From NCBI RefSeq assembly GCF_018350175.1, contig NC_058373.1, positions 109,184,001-109,248,000 on the forward strand: a stretch of DNA of 64,000 nucleotides, read 5' to 3'. The position numbers and the translations under genes were made by a program. The notes under the pieces are model-generated. The model made no database searches. It was not told where the DNA came from and saw only the letters and a program-made list of their open reading frames with translations. Origin of the DNA: Felis catus. Lineage: Eukaryota. The number at the start of each line of letters is the position of its first letter. The stretch's first letter is position 1. Shown piece after piece: positions 37,325 to 50,524 of the stretch.

Positions 37325-38090
37325 TAACAGAACTGAGATTGCTATCATTAGATCAGTTTTCCAAGCTGGCTCTTGGCTAGTGACCATTAAATGCTTCCTT
37401 ACATTAATATAAAACTTTCTTAGGGGCGTCTGGATAGCTCAGTCGGTTGAGCATCCGACTCTTGGTTTCAGCTCAGGTCACGGTCTCATGGTTCATTGAT
37501 TCCAGCCCCTTACTGGGCTTGCACTGAGAGCATGGAGCCTGTCTGGGATTCTCTTTCTCACCTCTCTCTCTCTCTCTCTGTCTCTGCCCCACTCACATTC
37601 ACTCTCTGTCTCTCTCAAAATAAGTAAATAAGCTTAAAAAATAATAATAAAATAAAACTTTCTCTAAACGAGTGGCTCACTGTGCCTAAATTGTTTGTAC
37701 AAAGAATATGGTTTATGCTAAAAACCTGCATTCCTTCTGGGAGTCTGGAATTTGGGTGCTTATTATACAGAGGGTGCTTATGTAACCAGCCCCTGATAAA
37801 AAAAACTGTGGGTGCTGAGTCTCCAATGTGCTTCTTTGGTGCACTTCACTTCACGTGTTCATCTTGTTGCTAGTAGAATTAAGCATACCCCACAAGATCA
37901 CACTGGGCAAGGACTCTTGGAAGCTTCCACCTGGTTTCCTCCAGACTTTGTCCCATGAAACTTTGCCCTTTCTTAATTTTGCCTTGTACCCTTTTGCTGC
38001 AATAAATCTTAGCCATGAGTTAAACTAAACACTGAATCCTGTGAGTCCTTCTAGCAAATCACCAAACTTGGTCTTTAGAGACCCCCGACA
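37325..38090 (+). mobile_element. ERVL-class solo LTR (MER68/MER77-like, MER21 group), interrupted by a SINE
   Basis: gtggctcactgtgcctaaattgtttgtacaaagaatatggtttatgct ... ttctgggagtctggaatt ... aataaatcttagccatgag ... gacccccgaca. Confidence 0.8.
37423..37651 (+). mobile_element. CanSINE inside the LTR
   Basis: Perfect TSD ataaaactttct at 37409-37420 and 37652-37663. Confidence 0.96.
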
Positions 38091-38389
38091 TATCCCTTCA
38101 CCATCCAAAAAAAAAAAAAAAAAAAAAAGTAAAGGTCTAAATGACTTTTTGAGCAAGCCTAACCAAACTTTTAAGTAAGAGAACATTCATTTTCTACAAA
38201 CTGCTCTTAAACATACAAAAAGCTACCCTATGTATTTTCAAAGGCATGGCTTATGGAAGAACAGACAAACCTACCAAACCTAGCACAGCTTTAGAATATC
38301 ATTGCAAAAGTCCTGAACAAATTGTTAGCAAATCAAATCTAGCCATTTACTAAAAGAAAAAAACCATCATGATCAGGTTGCTGAGGCCA

Positions 38390-39105
38390 AAAAATTTAAC
38401 CCCTCTCTTCCTCTCATAACCTAAATGCAATAAAAAATCCAGAAAACTCTGTTAGCTCTACTTAAATTAGAAGTAGATTTTCATCACTTCCACTACCACT
38501 CACCAGGTCTGTTCTGTCTCTATCAACTCCCTCCTGTTTTACTATAAGGAGCTTTTACACACATGTCCTTCCTCTCTTTCTCGTCCCTCCCATAGTCTGT
38601 TAGTGCAGGGTGAATCCGCACAGCCACAAGGCAGGCCAGGCCGCTCCCCTGCTCAGAATCAGCAATGTCAGCCCATCCAAATCCATTACAAACTCTCTAC
38701 CTACACCTGATTCCCCTTACCAGCTCTGCTGTCTCTGTTTTACATTGCACTTATCCCTTCCTACTAAAAATACCATTTTCTGGGCACCTGGGTGGCTCTT
38801 TGGTTAAGCATCCAACTCTTGATTTCCGCTCACGTTTCTACACTGACAGCATGGAGCCTGCTTGGGATTTCCTCTCTCCTTCTCTCTCCACACCTCCCCA
38901 CTCACACTCTCCCTCTCAAAATAAATAAATATTTAAAACTAAATAAAAAATAAAAATATAATTTTCTCATTTGTCATATTTATTATTTTATGCCTTCCAT
39001 TATTAGAATGTAAGCTTCTTGAAGTCAGGAATTTTGGAGTGTTTGTTCACTGATGCAACTCAAGTGCCTAGAACATTGCCTGTACCTGTAGACACTTAAT
39101 ACTTT
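38390..39105 (+). mobile_element. L2 3' region relic, split by a SINE
   Basis: ttagaatgtaagcttcttgaagtcagga ... gtgcctagaacattgcctg terminus. Confidence 0.7.
38782..38951 (+). mobile_element. CanSINE with internal deletion
   Basis: TSD aaaaata(cc/ta)attttct. Body lacks the B-box segment between gctca and ctacactgacagc. Confidence 0.92.
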
Positions 39106-40311
39106 TATAATCACTATATATCTGAGAATTGAAAAATAGGGAGAGAGATCAACACAATTCACTACATTAACACGTTTTACACACACACACATGAACTTCT
39201 TAATAAATGTTGAAAATTTTTTTACTTTAAAAAAGTGCTTTAAAAATTATAAATAGGAGAAAAATTGTCCTGCTCCATTGAAGAAAGAAATAGTAAACAT
39301 CATGCTTTATTATGAAATGAGAAGTATTCCATTAAAAGTAGATAAAGGAAAAAAGATGTTCACTTTCATAGCTACGATTACATATTTTACTAATCATCCT
39401 AGAAATGTAGTAAGACAAGGAAAAATGAAATAAGACATGTAGGCTAGGATTGAGGAGATAAATAGTCATTATGCAGGATTGTTACTTAATAGAAAACCAA
39501 ATGGAATCAACTGTTAAAATACTAGGACTAAGTTCATAGTGTAACAGGATATAAAATCAACATACAAGCATCAGTAATTCTCCTATATACCAGCAATAAC
39601 CAAATAAAAGGGTAATTTTAGAAAGAACATAAAAAAGATAACCATAGGAAAGACTGTGAAATACCCAGAAATAAACCTAACAAGAAATACTCAAGATCTT
39701 TATGGAGACAACTATATATTATATATTTGAATCCTATTTTTCTCTTTTCCCCCCACTAAAATATAAGCTACTTAAAAGTAGGGACATTTTAATCAATGTT
39801 CTATCCCCAACACGTATAACAGTGACCCAAGAATAGTATGTGTTTAAAACATATTTGTTAAGTGAAGGACATATTTGTTGAGTGAAGAATACCCAAATAA
39901 ATGGAGATATGCATGTGCATGAAGGGAAAGCTATAAATAAGCTAATGATCTAAAGTTAGCCTATAAATTCAATGCAATATTAATCAAGAGTCCAATAGAA
40001 TGTTTTCATGGAACTTGACAAGATAATTATGAAATTCATATAGAAGACACAATGCTCAGGAATAGCTAAAGCCTGGAATTGGGTCCCATATCAAAATATA
40101 TTACAAAGATGTATAAATTAATAAAACATGACATTGGTTCACAAATAGACATCTTGATCAATAAAATAGAATAGAAGAAGAACTGAGCCCATCGCATATG
40201 AACATTTTGTAAATGAGAATCAGCATTTCAAGTTGGTGGAATAAGTCTTTTAACTAGTTAACTTTTTCCCCCATCCTTTTTCTCTTTTTTTCCCCATCCT
40301 TTTTCTCTTTT

Positions 40312-40381
40312 AATTTTTTTTTAATATCATTTATTGTCAAGTTGGTCTCCAGAAAACACCGAGTGCTCATCTCAACAAGTG
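40312..40381 (-). mobile_element. ~70-bp L1_Fc-type 3' terminus
   Basis: Antisense of cacttgttgagatgagcactcggtgttttctggagaccaacttgacaataaatgatattaaaa. Confidence 0.8.
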
Positions 40382-40459
40382 TAACTTTTAAAAGCTCAAG
40401 AAATATAAAGTGCTTTACATACTCCTCTGTTTCACATATATTTATATTTCCATTCATGA

Positions 40460-40527
40460 CATTTTACACCTTAAACTTACACAATATTATATGTCAGTTA
40501 TATCTCAATAAAGCTGGGGGAGGGAAG
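40460..40527 (+). mobile_element. Short L1 3' terminus (L1MA/L1_Carn)
   Basis: tacaccttaaacttacacaatattatatgtcagttatatctcaataaagctgg. Confidence 0.8.
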
Positions 40528-41010
40528 ATACTGAAAAATATATATATTATGACCAAAGATTACTTTTACCTAAGCCTGCCTATCTCAGGTTTGTCTTGAG
40601 GATTAAAGGGGCTGGTACATGTTAAAGAACAATAAAATGTATTAAAATGCCCTAACATAACAATATGTTTATCATGAATAATTTATCATGAATAAATTTA
40701 TCATGAATAATTATGTTACCACTTTATAATAATAAATTGAAAATTAACTGATGACAACAATCAAATCTCAATCTTCTTTATCTTTTAGCCCTTAAATGTT
40801 TGCTGAGTCATACCAGATTCGAGTCTTCCATTCCCTTGCCTTGCTCTATCAGCTTTTAGTTTCCCTTAGATCTTATTGTGTTTTAATCATTGCCTCAAGA
40901 AGCAATCTGCCATGCACAAGTACAACATAATTAAATATACAATTAATCATCTTTATAAGCCATTTTGAGTGTAAAAATGAGATGGAACAGAAAGCCTCAA
41001 CTACATTTTT

Positions 41011-41217
41011 TTTTAATTTTTTAACGTTTATTTATTATTGAGAGACAGAGCATGAACAGGGGAGGGGCAGAGAGAGAGGGAGACACAGAACGTGAAGCAG
41101 GCTCCAGGCTCTGAGCTGTCAGCACAGAGCCCGACACAGGGCTTGAACTCATGAACCGCAAGATCATGACCTGAGCCGAAGTCAGACATTTAACTGACTG
41201 AGCCACCCAGGTGCCCC
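41011..41217 (-). mobile_element. CanSINE (first of a tandem pair)
   Basis: Flanked by ctca(a/g)ctacatttttt. Confidence 0.96.
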
Positions 41218-41232
41218 TCAGCTACATTTTTT

Positions 41233-41429
41233 AAAGCATATTTATTTATTTTTGAAAGAGAAAACACGAGCGGTGGAGAGGCAGAAAGAGAGGGAGACAG
41301 AAAATCCCAAGCAGGGTCTGTGCTGTCAGTCCAGAGCCGGAGGCAGGACTCCATCTCACCAACCAGGAGATCATGATCCAAGCCAAAATCAAAGTCGGAC
41401 GCCCAAACGACTAAGCCACCCAGGTGCCC
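41233..41429 (-). mobile_element. CanSINE (second of the tandem pair, different subfamily)
   Basis: Flanked by ca(g/a)ctacattttttaa. Confidence 0.95.
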
Positions 41430-43394
41430 CAACTACATTTTTTAACACTGAAGTAATTTGCACATAGCAAGGTATCTTTCCCTTCAAGTTTCATGGATTG
41501 GTGTATCTGTCTACTTAAATTGCTACGTAAAGAAAAAAGTCATTTTCTTTGTTTAATTGTAAAAAATTACCTAAAAAATACATTATTTATTATATATTAT
41601 TTTTTCTAATAACATCTACTTGAAAATGGCTTCTAAACTGGTACTAAGTTAAAATTTTATTCCTAAGGAGAGGTTGGGGCAGCGATTTGTCAAGACAAAT
41701 GAAGCCACAGGATAAATCTAATGCATCTTCTTGGCCTAGGATATAAAATGAGCCATGAATAATCAATAGTCACATAAATCAAGAACAGACCACACGTTAA
41801 AATAAATTTGAAATTTCTTTATTTGGAGAGCAGTGGTGGGCAAGTGATTCAGAATTGCAGACAAGATAGCAATGGTTTGTCTAATTAATAGGGACTCTCT
41901 AAATTCAATTTATATAACCACCTAGAATAATTATAGTGCTCAGGAGAAGTTGAAGAGTAATAACACTATAAAATCCAAGGCAAAATGGTTTTTAATGCAT
42001 ACTAGAAGAAGCTTCGGTTTCTTAATGATTCATAATCATCACCTAAAATAACATAGTTTGTCAAAGAATTTTATTCATCTTTCAAGTAATTGTAAAGCAG
42101 TAATACATCCCTGAGGTTTAAAAGAAAATTTTTCTCTTGGCTTTCTTCCCGTAATATGCTCTTGGAGTCTTGGAGAGAGGAGCAACAATTTTCGCCTCAA
42201 ACCTCCCCAACTAAAAACTCTACCTTGTGTAAAAAGTCAAAGATTATTTGTCACTTCATCTTCAAGTCTGAGAGAATATCAATAATGAAACACATTCACA
42301 GAAATTCCGGTAATAAGATATAAGCCAAGTGAAAAAGGCTGGATTTTTAGGTGTAAACACCACTCTAATGTGTTTTCTTAAAATAGGAAAATATATCAAA
42401 GATTATTGTAAAAAAATTAGATTTGCTAATGATATATAAAGAACTCTAAGATGTTAACCATATTTCTTCCACAAAAATAGAAATTGTTAATCACCATCTC
42501 AATTGAGTTACTCATGGTGAGTCATCATTTATGTTGGCCTAATGTGGTCTGGGAAAGTCTCACTCATGTTTATATTTTCAGAAGGCCCCCAAACAACCCC
42601 TTTAAATTGAAAGAGATACAAATAAAGAGAGCAACAATAAGGAAATAGAGGTAGAAAATGCCACAGGGATTCTGTACCACCAAGGAACTCCAATTGCTGA
42701 ATAAATTAAGTATAACTGGCCACTAACAGAAAGATGGTTGAAAACAGATCATTAAAATCATGATTTTATATTGAATTTCATTTTAAAATGGGCATCACAA
42801 TGTAGCTTTGTAAGTGACCCAAACTGTTCATTTCCTAGGAATTTTCCGTTGGAAGAAAAGGAAATCTCATCATTTCTCTCTTCTCACGTTTACATACATC
42901 TTACCTGTACATACAACATATTGTATGTACATTTACACATGCTACATATGCATGTTTCTTTGGCGATATGTAAGGGATGTGCAGAATATTGGTGGGAGAA
43001 GGATATTACAACATTCAGTCTTTGGCAATAAAACAAGAGGCTTGGTTAGATCATGTCACTATGATGGCAAAACAGTTTGGGTTCTAGCCTCTTTACAGTA
43101 CAAAGACAAAATAACAAAATTTGGGCTAGCTAGCAGGCACTGTCTATTTCTTACCTGCCCCTTAAGGCACACCTCAAATACCATGGGTTCCACAAAAACA
43201 GTTTGAGGCCTACCTCAGCCCATTCATCTTCTCCTGCTGTAATCATATAATTCAATAGTACCTGTTATTGGTCAGACACTTCCAGCGTATGTTAATATAT
43301 ATAATTTTCCCTCACCCTTCTTCACAGTGCTGTAGCCACATTGGCTTCCTTCTTACTATTCCTCAGATTTTAACATTGCAGGCACAATCCCATC

Positions 43395-43620
43395 TTTTAA
43401 AAAAAAATTTTTAAGTGTATTTATTTTGAGAGAGACAGATACAGCATGAGTGGGGGAGGAGCAGAGAGAGAGGGAGACAGAGAATCCCAAGCAGCCTCTG
43501 CACTGCCAGACCAGAGCCCAATGCAGGCTTGAACTCACAAAACAGTGAGATCATGACCTGAGCTGAAACCAAGGGTTGGATGATTAACCGACTGAGCCCA
43601 TCCAGCCACCCAGGAATCCT
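43395..43620 (-). mobile_element. CanSINE within an L2 3' relic (~43290-43710, plus)
   Basis: SINE body on the minus strand. L2 terminus agtaggtgttcaacaaatatttgatgattgaa follows. Confidence 0.92.
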
Positions 43621-45584
43621 TTTTAGTTCACCATTGTTTTCTAAGAATTCAGAACAGTATCAGACAGAATAGTAGGTGTTCAACAAATATTTGATGATTG
43701 AAAAAATGAACACCTGTCTCTAAACCTCACATCAACCCATTAGACAGGTAATACTTTTCATTTAAAATAAGAAACAAAAACTGAAAGAGATCAGTAAATG
43801 GTCCAAAGTGACACAACCAGAAAATAGGAGCAGAATGACTATTGCACTGCTCTAGAGCACCTACATTATTGGATCTACTACTTTGACCTCAAAAGTGACA
43901 TTAGTTCTATGCAGGGCCTCATTTTCCTGACCAGCACAGTGTCTTGTGTTCAATAAACACAGGAGTACTCTAATAAAATGAAGCAGTGACCCTAAGAATC
44001 TGTTTTTTGACTTGTTATAAAGAATAACATTAAGGAGTTTGGATGCTCAATAAACATAAGAGGGAAGAGAAGGAGGAAGAGGTCATAATCATCATGCATC
44101 ATTAGCAGTTCCAATTTTCAGAAAGCAAGCTATATGGGGGAAAACAGCAATGCAAATTAATTGTCCATTTTCTGGCCCCAACATCCTTAAGAAAGTCAAG
44201 TAGAACTCACCTGTCCTAAGAGCCTACACATTCCCAGTTCCCTTAATTTTTCTTTAGAAGAATGATATCTTACATTCTTATTCCAGTCTGTACTAGTCTA
44301 GAAACTGACTTGAAATTAATAAAATAACACTTTTAAAGTTTGACAGTCTAGAAATCAATGCCATGAATTTACTCAAACTTTCTTTATGTCATTTTTTAGC
44401 TTGAGTATAAAGTATTATTGCCCTGGAAAAAGTGTTTATTAGAAATTATCATGAAGCTAGGTTTTTTGATATTTCCTGTACGTTCCCTTCTCTTACTACT
44501 TAAGGAATCAGGAACAAGGTTAAATTATATTTCATACCCAGCCACACATGAATACACTACCACTAAATGTAGAAGTATTTATATGCAGAAATACACAAGG
44601 GCCCCTTGTAATCTGGCGATTAACTCTATGCAATACTGCCATATGAGATATTGCGAAAAGGGAACATATTTGATAAATTACTCATGAGGATATTCACATT
44701 TCAAATGTGCATGTCTTGCCATTTGAGCAGTGAGAATAGTCAGGAAGTAAATCCTCAAGCATAAATTATGAATTTTGCATTCTACCTTCCTTGAAAACAG
44801 GGTCTTTGTCATATTCACCTTTGTAATTTCAAAGCTGAGCCAGTGCCTGGCACAGAACAGACATTCAATAAATGTTTATGGAATCAGATCAATACACCAC
44901 AGGTTTCAGCCAGAGATCACCTGCTCCAATTAAACAATATATGAGAAGTGGCAATCTTTTTATTTAATTGGCTATCTGACTTTATAACCAGCCAAAAGTC
45001 TTGTGAGGTTCATACCAATTATGTGGGTAGAACTAATTGTGCTTTTTTGTTATCTTTTCTGCATGCAATTAATGCCATCAACCCACTGTATAAATTTGTA
45101 TATTCTTCCAAGTCCTTCCTTCTCTATTTCTTGAAAGAGGAGACCATATGTTTGGCATGCATCACATTGAATACAATATTTAAGGCTTGCAAGTTTCCCA
45201 AACTACTGTCACTTGTAGAAGAAATCTGATGAATAAATACCAGAGCAAAAAGTGGAATACTTATGGGTGGTACACTTATTTTCTTGCCCTGTAGACTTTT
45301 CTAGGATTGCAAATGCCATGAAAATGCACACATGATATTTAAACAAGTGAAGGCAGTAAAAGCGAAAGTGGAATTGTTTATCTCCTGAAGTCCTTTGGAA
45401 CAAGAGCCATAGAGTTATTTTTTCTTAGTATCCCAATCTTGAACACATTGGCCCTCGTTCATGATGAAGCGAAGGTATAAGGAAGTGGGGGGAAATGTTA
45501 TGCCAAAAAAGCTTTTCTAAAGGTCAGCTGTTTATGGAAGCACCAACAGTTTGGTAACAGTGCTAAATGATACAACTGAATTCT

Positions 45585-45815
45585 TTTTATTGAACTCACT
45601 TGATGGCAGGTACTGTGAAAGCATTTTATGTGCCTTACCTAATTTAGCCTTCAATGTAACTTTGAGGAGAGAAAGGCATTAATTCTCATTTGACATATGA
45701 GTAAACTGTGGTTTAAAAATAAGCGACTTGCCCAGAGACACCCACACAGTACACGGCACAGCCAGGATTTGAATCCAAGTGTGGCTGATGTTCATATTCT
45801 TAACAACCATATCCA
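45585..45815 (-). mobile_element. MIR relic
   Basis: ctcatttgacatatgagtaaactgtggtttaaaaataagcgacttgcccagagacac ... ccaggatttgaatcca. Confidence 0.75.
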
Positions 45816-46356
45816 GAATAATTGGTGGATTGGAGAACACACTGCTATAAAGGTCAATTAATTTCTTGAGCATCCAAATTCCTGAGCATTATTCCTTATA
45901 ACGTGTCAAAAAAATATCGGCTTCTTCTTATGGTCATTACTTCATTTTATTACAAAGAACAACCCTGATGTGAGAAGTAATTAACTTTGGGGAAAAGATT
46001 TAAGTTAGAACACCGAAACGATTAAGTTTGCTGTATCACTGAGGTGCCTTTTCTGATTTTCTGATGAGAAAAAAATCTTTCCCCACTGCCATAGAAACCC
46101 TGGATTCTGTTCTGAAAACCTGCAGGCCAGAAAACACTACTGATAGGATTTGAGAACTCAGAGAAGCTCTGGAAACGAAAGGTTTGCTTGGAGAGGAGAG
46201 AAGCATGACTCAACAGAGGGTGGTGTCAGCATGCTGCACAGTGCGACACAGGGGCAAAGAAACGCTGAGACTCAGAACACGGTCTTATTCTTTCCAGCTC
46301 TGAATCCTAACAAATGATTGATTTAACTCAACTCTAAGGGTGGGATAGAGGGGTGG

Positions 46357-46544
46357 GGGGGCGCACCTGGGCGTCTCAGTCAGTTAAGTGTCTGACTCTC
46401 AACTCTCGATTTTGGCTCAGGTCATGATCTCCTAGTTCGTGGGTTTGAGCCCCATGTCTGGCTCCACACTGCCGGTGCAAGACTTGCTTGGGATTCTCTC
46501 TCCCTCTGTCTCTGCCCACCCCCTCAAAAATAAATAAAATAAAC
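46357..46544 (+). mobile_element. CanSINE with extra G-rich 5' leader
   Basis: TSD tttaa(c/t)tcaact(c/g)taag at 46322-46338 and 46545-46561. Confidence 0.93.
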
Positions 46545-47929
46545 TTTAATTCAACTGTAAGAGGAGAGGTCAAGGCTAAGGTAAGAATAGCAGAGCTCAC
46601 AGGGTACATCTAGGCCATTTTCTATTAACTTGATCACCAGGAAGAGTCCTGAAAGATCCAGAAGCAATTCATGTGGGAGGTACAATGGTTTGTTTTCTAG
46701 AAATGAAAGAAATTAGGGTTTGAGGATCCACACCAATGAAATAGGAATACAAACTAACATAAAAATTGGAACTTACACTACAGTTTAAATTATGTTTAAC
46801 TTTTATGAAATATGGTAAATTAGAAAGCGATGACCCGTGTTTTGCTCCAGTCTGTGCAAAACGTGCGTTACTCCTGTTATATAGCTTTGCGTTGTTATAT
46901 AGTTTCTCTTGCTCTGTGTTGAATTTCCTAATTATTTTTGATGAGACTGAGCTCTGTTCATTTCACTGCAAGACCAGGAGTCAAGCACTTTCTGCTCCTT
47001 ACTCAGATTTACCCTTACAGTGGGAAAAAAGGGCAAAAAAACCCACAAAACACCTTTTACTTTTTGTGTTGTCTCAAATACAGTGCTTACCAAAAATAGT
47101 GCATTCACGCAAGTGCTGATAATTAATGAAGTGATATCAACTGAAATCTATATGCCTTTTTATTCTAATGGTAAATTCTGCCCTGAAGACTGGAAGTGTT
47201 CTGCGAATGAGAAATTTATCTGCATCAAAATCCAGTATAATACCAGGCATGAAATCCTTTCTAATTGTACATGTAAAATCCTGCTTAATACTTGCTCTGA
47301 CTACTTACTGGAAATGAGATGAGGGAAGAATTTGCTCAATATGCCTGCCTGAAAATGGACCAAGCATTCTGATATAGTGCTCTCTCACTGACCCATTTTT
47401 ACAAATTCATTTAACTACTTGGACATCATCCTCTTACTTCTTAAAATCCGAAGCACACCCCATATTATTTAATACCTTAACGTTCCTATGTCTTTTTCCT
47501 TTCAACATCTGATTGCTTTTGCACTGAAACTCCTTTCAAAAGTCTGAACTGGAATTCGATTACACATATTAACAGTTAAGGATTCCATTCCTAATCTTTC
47601 TATCAAAAAGGGGGGGATAATTTTCAGCATGAGACAGGACATTTAACCTTTCTATTCCTCTGCTTTCCCATCTACCTAAGGGATCATAGTGTACTCCAGG
47701 GCTAAAAGCATGGCTTTGGCATCAGACCAACCTATAGTCTAATCTTTAGTAGATGTGTGATTTGGAGTATTTATTCTCTTTGTCTCATTTTCATCTGAGA
47801 AATATTAATAATAATATTATATTGTGAACTGAATTAAATGAGGAAGTGTTTGTGAAAACTCAGTAAACTTTAAAGTGATAGACACACAAATGACAGTTAA
47901 TTGTCTGGTTCCATGTCCTATTAAGATGA

Positions 47930-48970
47930 AGCCATTTCCACAATGTTGGGGTAAAGACAGTTTTATTAAAAATGGCTCATAAGCCAGAAGAAACTATTAG
48001 AGAAGAGGTTTGTTTGACCACATAAAAATTCAAAAACCCTATGTGGCAAATAATAAATAGATAAAGAAGTAAATAAACTACTAAAACAAGGCTGAAGAAC
48101 TAACTACCATCTGGGAAAAATATCTGCAACACATAAAATAAATAAGACTCATATCCTTAATATGCAAAAAAAAAGTAAGAAAAGAAAAAGATAATAAAAA
48201 ATCAGTATAAAATAAACTGTCACTAACAAAAGTAGTGGATATAGGATATTCCAAGGTAATTTGCAAAGCATATACAAATGGCCAATGACCATAATAAATA
48301 TATATATTCAACCCCACTAAATGTTGAGTGTCAGAAATAAAAATTAAACATTTTTTCAACTATCAGACATCTTTACATTGACAAAATCAGCAATGGCAAG
48401 AAGTAAAAGAGGTGGGCACACTCAAAATATATTGTAGAGGATGAAGTTGTTACAGTCTTTCTTGTTTGGCACTATATATCCAATAAAAAATGTGAATGTC
48501 CTTTGTGCCAACAATCCCACCTTCAGGAATTTGCTCTCAAGTAATAAAATGTCCATGAACCAAAATATTTGTAGAAATCATGTTTACCATAAATTTGCTT
48601 ATCATGTAAATATTGGAAGTGGTTTAGATGTTCATGAATATGCTTAAATGAAGTCTGTCGTAGCCATACAGAGCAGCACCATATTCAAAAGCATGGCATA
48701 TACTTATAGTCACTGCCACAGAAAAGACATCCCCAATTCCTCTGCACTGTGATCCTAGGAGTAGGTTAAAAACAACAGGTGTAATATAGTCACATTTATA
48801 AAAATGCTATATACACATACATGCATGTGCATAGAGAAATGTCAGAAAGCATATCTACCCAAGTACCGGTAGGTAGTTATGATTTCTCATTTGTATTTTC
48901 TGGATTGTTTCATTTATCTTCACAAGTATGAATTATTTTTATAATCAGATAAAAACTGAAGCTATTTTCA
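47930..48970 (+). mobile_element. L1ME-like 3' fragment
   Basis: ctgggaaaaatatctgcaacacat ... aacaatcccaccttcaggaattt ... tatgaattattttataatcag. Confidence 0.7.
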
Positions 48971-49159
48971 TATTAGAAAACAAATACCATAGCTACTTCC
49001 CTAGAGATGATATTTTAATAATGATATAAGTGCCCCAGGTCTTTTTTTTAATATGTTTTATAAAGTTAGAAGAGCATTCTGGGGTCCACAGGGATAAAAA
49101 GAAAAACATAAAAGGAAATTACAGCATTGTTGAGATGATAAAGCAGTGAGCATCACACA

Positions 49160-49375
49160 TTCTGGCCTAGAGTAATACTGCCTCACCAAGTTTCCCGTCT
49201 TACTAGCTGGGCGTAAGTTACTGAATCTCTCTGTGCTCAATTTTCTCTCTTTTGTAAAATGTGAGCAATAATATCATTTAACTCATAAAGTTACAATGAG
49301 GATGACATGAGTCAATTTTATGTAAAGCACTTCCATTCATACCTGACATCCTAGAAAAAATGCTAGCTGTTCATG
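49160..49375 (+). mobile_element. MIR relic
   Basis: cttactagctgggcgtaagttactgaatctctctgtgctcaatttt ... atgtaaagcactt. Confidence 0.72.
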
Positions 49376-49961
49376 TAAAATGAGATCATGTATAGAATCA
49401 TCCTTGCCCAGCATGGAAGTACAATAAATATTTACTATTTTTATAACCTACCTGCTCATCACGTGTCACCTAAGGACACTGAGAAGATGAATCATTTTCT
49501 CTGTCTCAGAATAAGGAGGGTCAAACAGTCTATGGAACATGAATAAATATATAGCACTTCCAAACCAAGGGTAGAAAGAGAGGTCAATGAAGGCTTGGAA
49601 GGCATGCCAAACAGCCCAAGTCCCAGGATATCTGAGGTTGTCCAATCTCAGCAAGGTGATATCAATTACTTTGACAAATCAATAAACTCCTATATAAAAC
49701 TATTACTAATGCTTTACATTTATACAGTGCATGACAGTTTTCAGGGAGCTTGCCCATCTCCATAACAGGTTGGCAGTGTTTCTGATCACTGTGCTGGTCC
49801 AATGGTGAATGGAGACTGGTGTTTGGCCATCACTTTAAGATACCGACTCCCACTGGGGCAAGTGATACAGGGGAGCTGGAGGCCTAGGAAGAGTGGTGGA
49901 AAGAAATGTGGAAGAGAAGGCAGATGATAGGGAGAGGAGCCAGGATGCTGAAAACTTGTTC

Positions 49962-50147
49962 CTTTTTTTTTTTTTTTTTCTTGAGGTGGGGTAAAGGGCA
50001 GAGGAAGAGGGAGAGAGAGAAACTTAAGTAGGCTCCACCCTCAGCACATAGGACTCCAATAAGGGCTGAATCTCACAACCATGAGATCATGACCTGAGCC
50101 AAAATCAAAAGTCAGACACTTAGCCAACTGAGCCACCCAGGCTCCCC
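49962..50147 (-). mobile_element. CanSINE (older carnivore subfamily)
   Basis: TSD ctgaaaact(tg/ca)ttc at 49948-49961 and 50148-50161. Confidence 0.93.
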
Positions 50148-50524
50148 CTGAAAACTCATTCTGAGTGCAACAAAGAAAACAGGAAAAACAGAACTTCTCA
50201 AGTTAAAGCAGTGTGGAGGGATAGGGTCAGTTTGTTTATTCATTCATTCCAATGTACTGAGTGTGCTAAGGGCTAGATATACAATTAGGTACAAAAACCC
50301 TCATGTAGCTCACTGTGTGGTACCCTATCTGCTCACCCACCTTACCAGTTCCAAGGTGACCCTTCACAAATCTTCAGCGCTCCAGGGCAACTTAAAAACC
50401 ACTGAACTTGGGTTTGTTCTATGTTAAAAAGAAATCCTCAAAATAAATTTAGGGTGTGTTCCCATAAAGCAAAAAAAAAAAAAAAAATACAATCTTGAAA
50501 ATAAGATTCATTAAATGGAAAGAG

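Larger units (their letters stand above)
34864..40245 (+). mobile_element. Old L1ME-like element (5' end through ORF2), fragmented by nested repeats
   Basis: L1M-type 5' motif ttcctggtcaagatggtgg at ~34866. Collinear degraded ORF2 pieces at ~35330-35990, 37040-37270, 38130-38375 and 39120-40245. Confidence 0.6.

Noticed and set aside
44210..44300. Exon-like segment on minus ending cag|gtgag
   Set aside because: The translation KEKLRELGM looks like a CR1/L3 3' ORF relic rather than a host exon.
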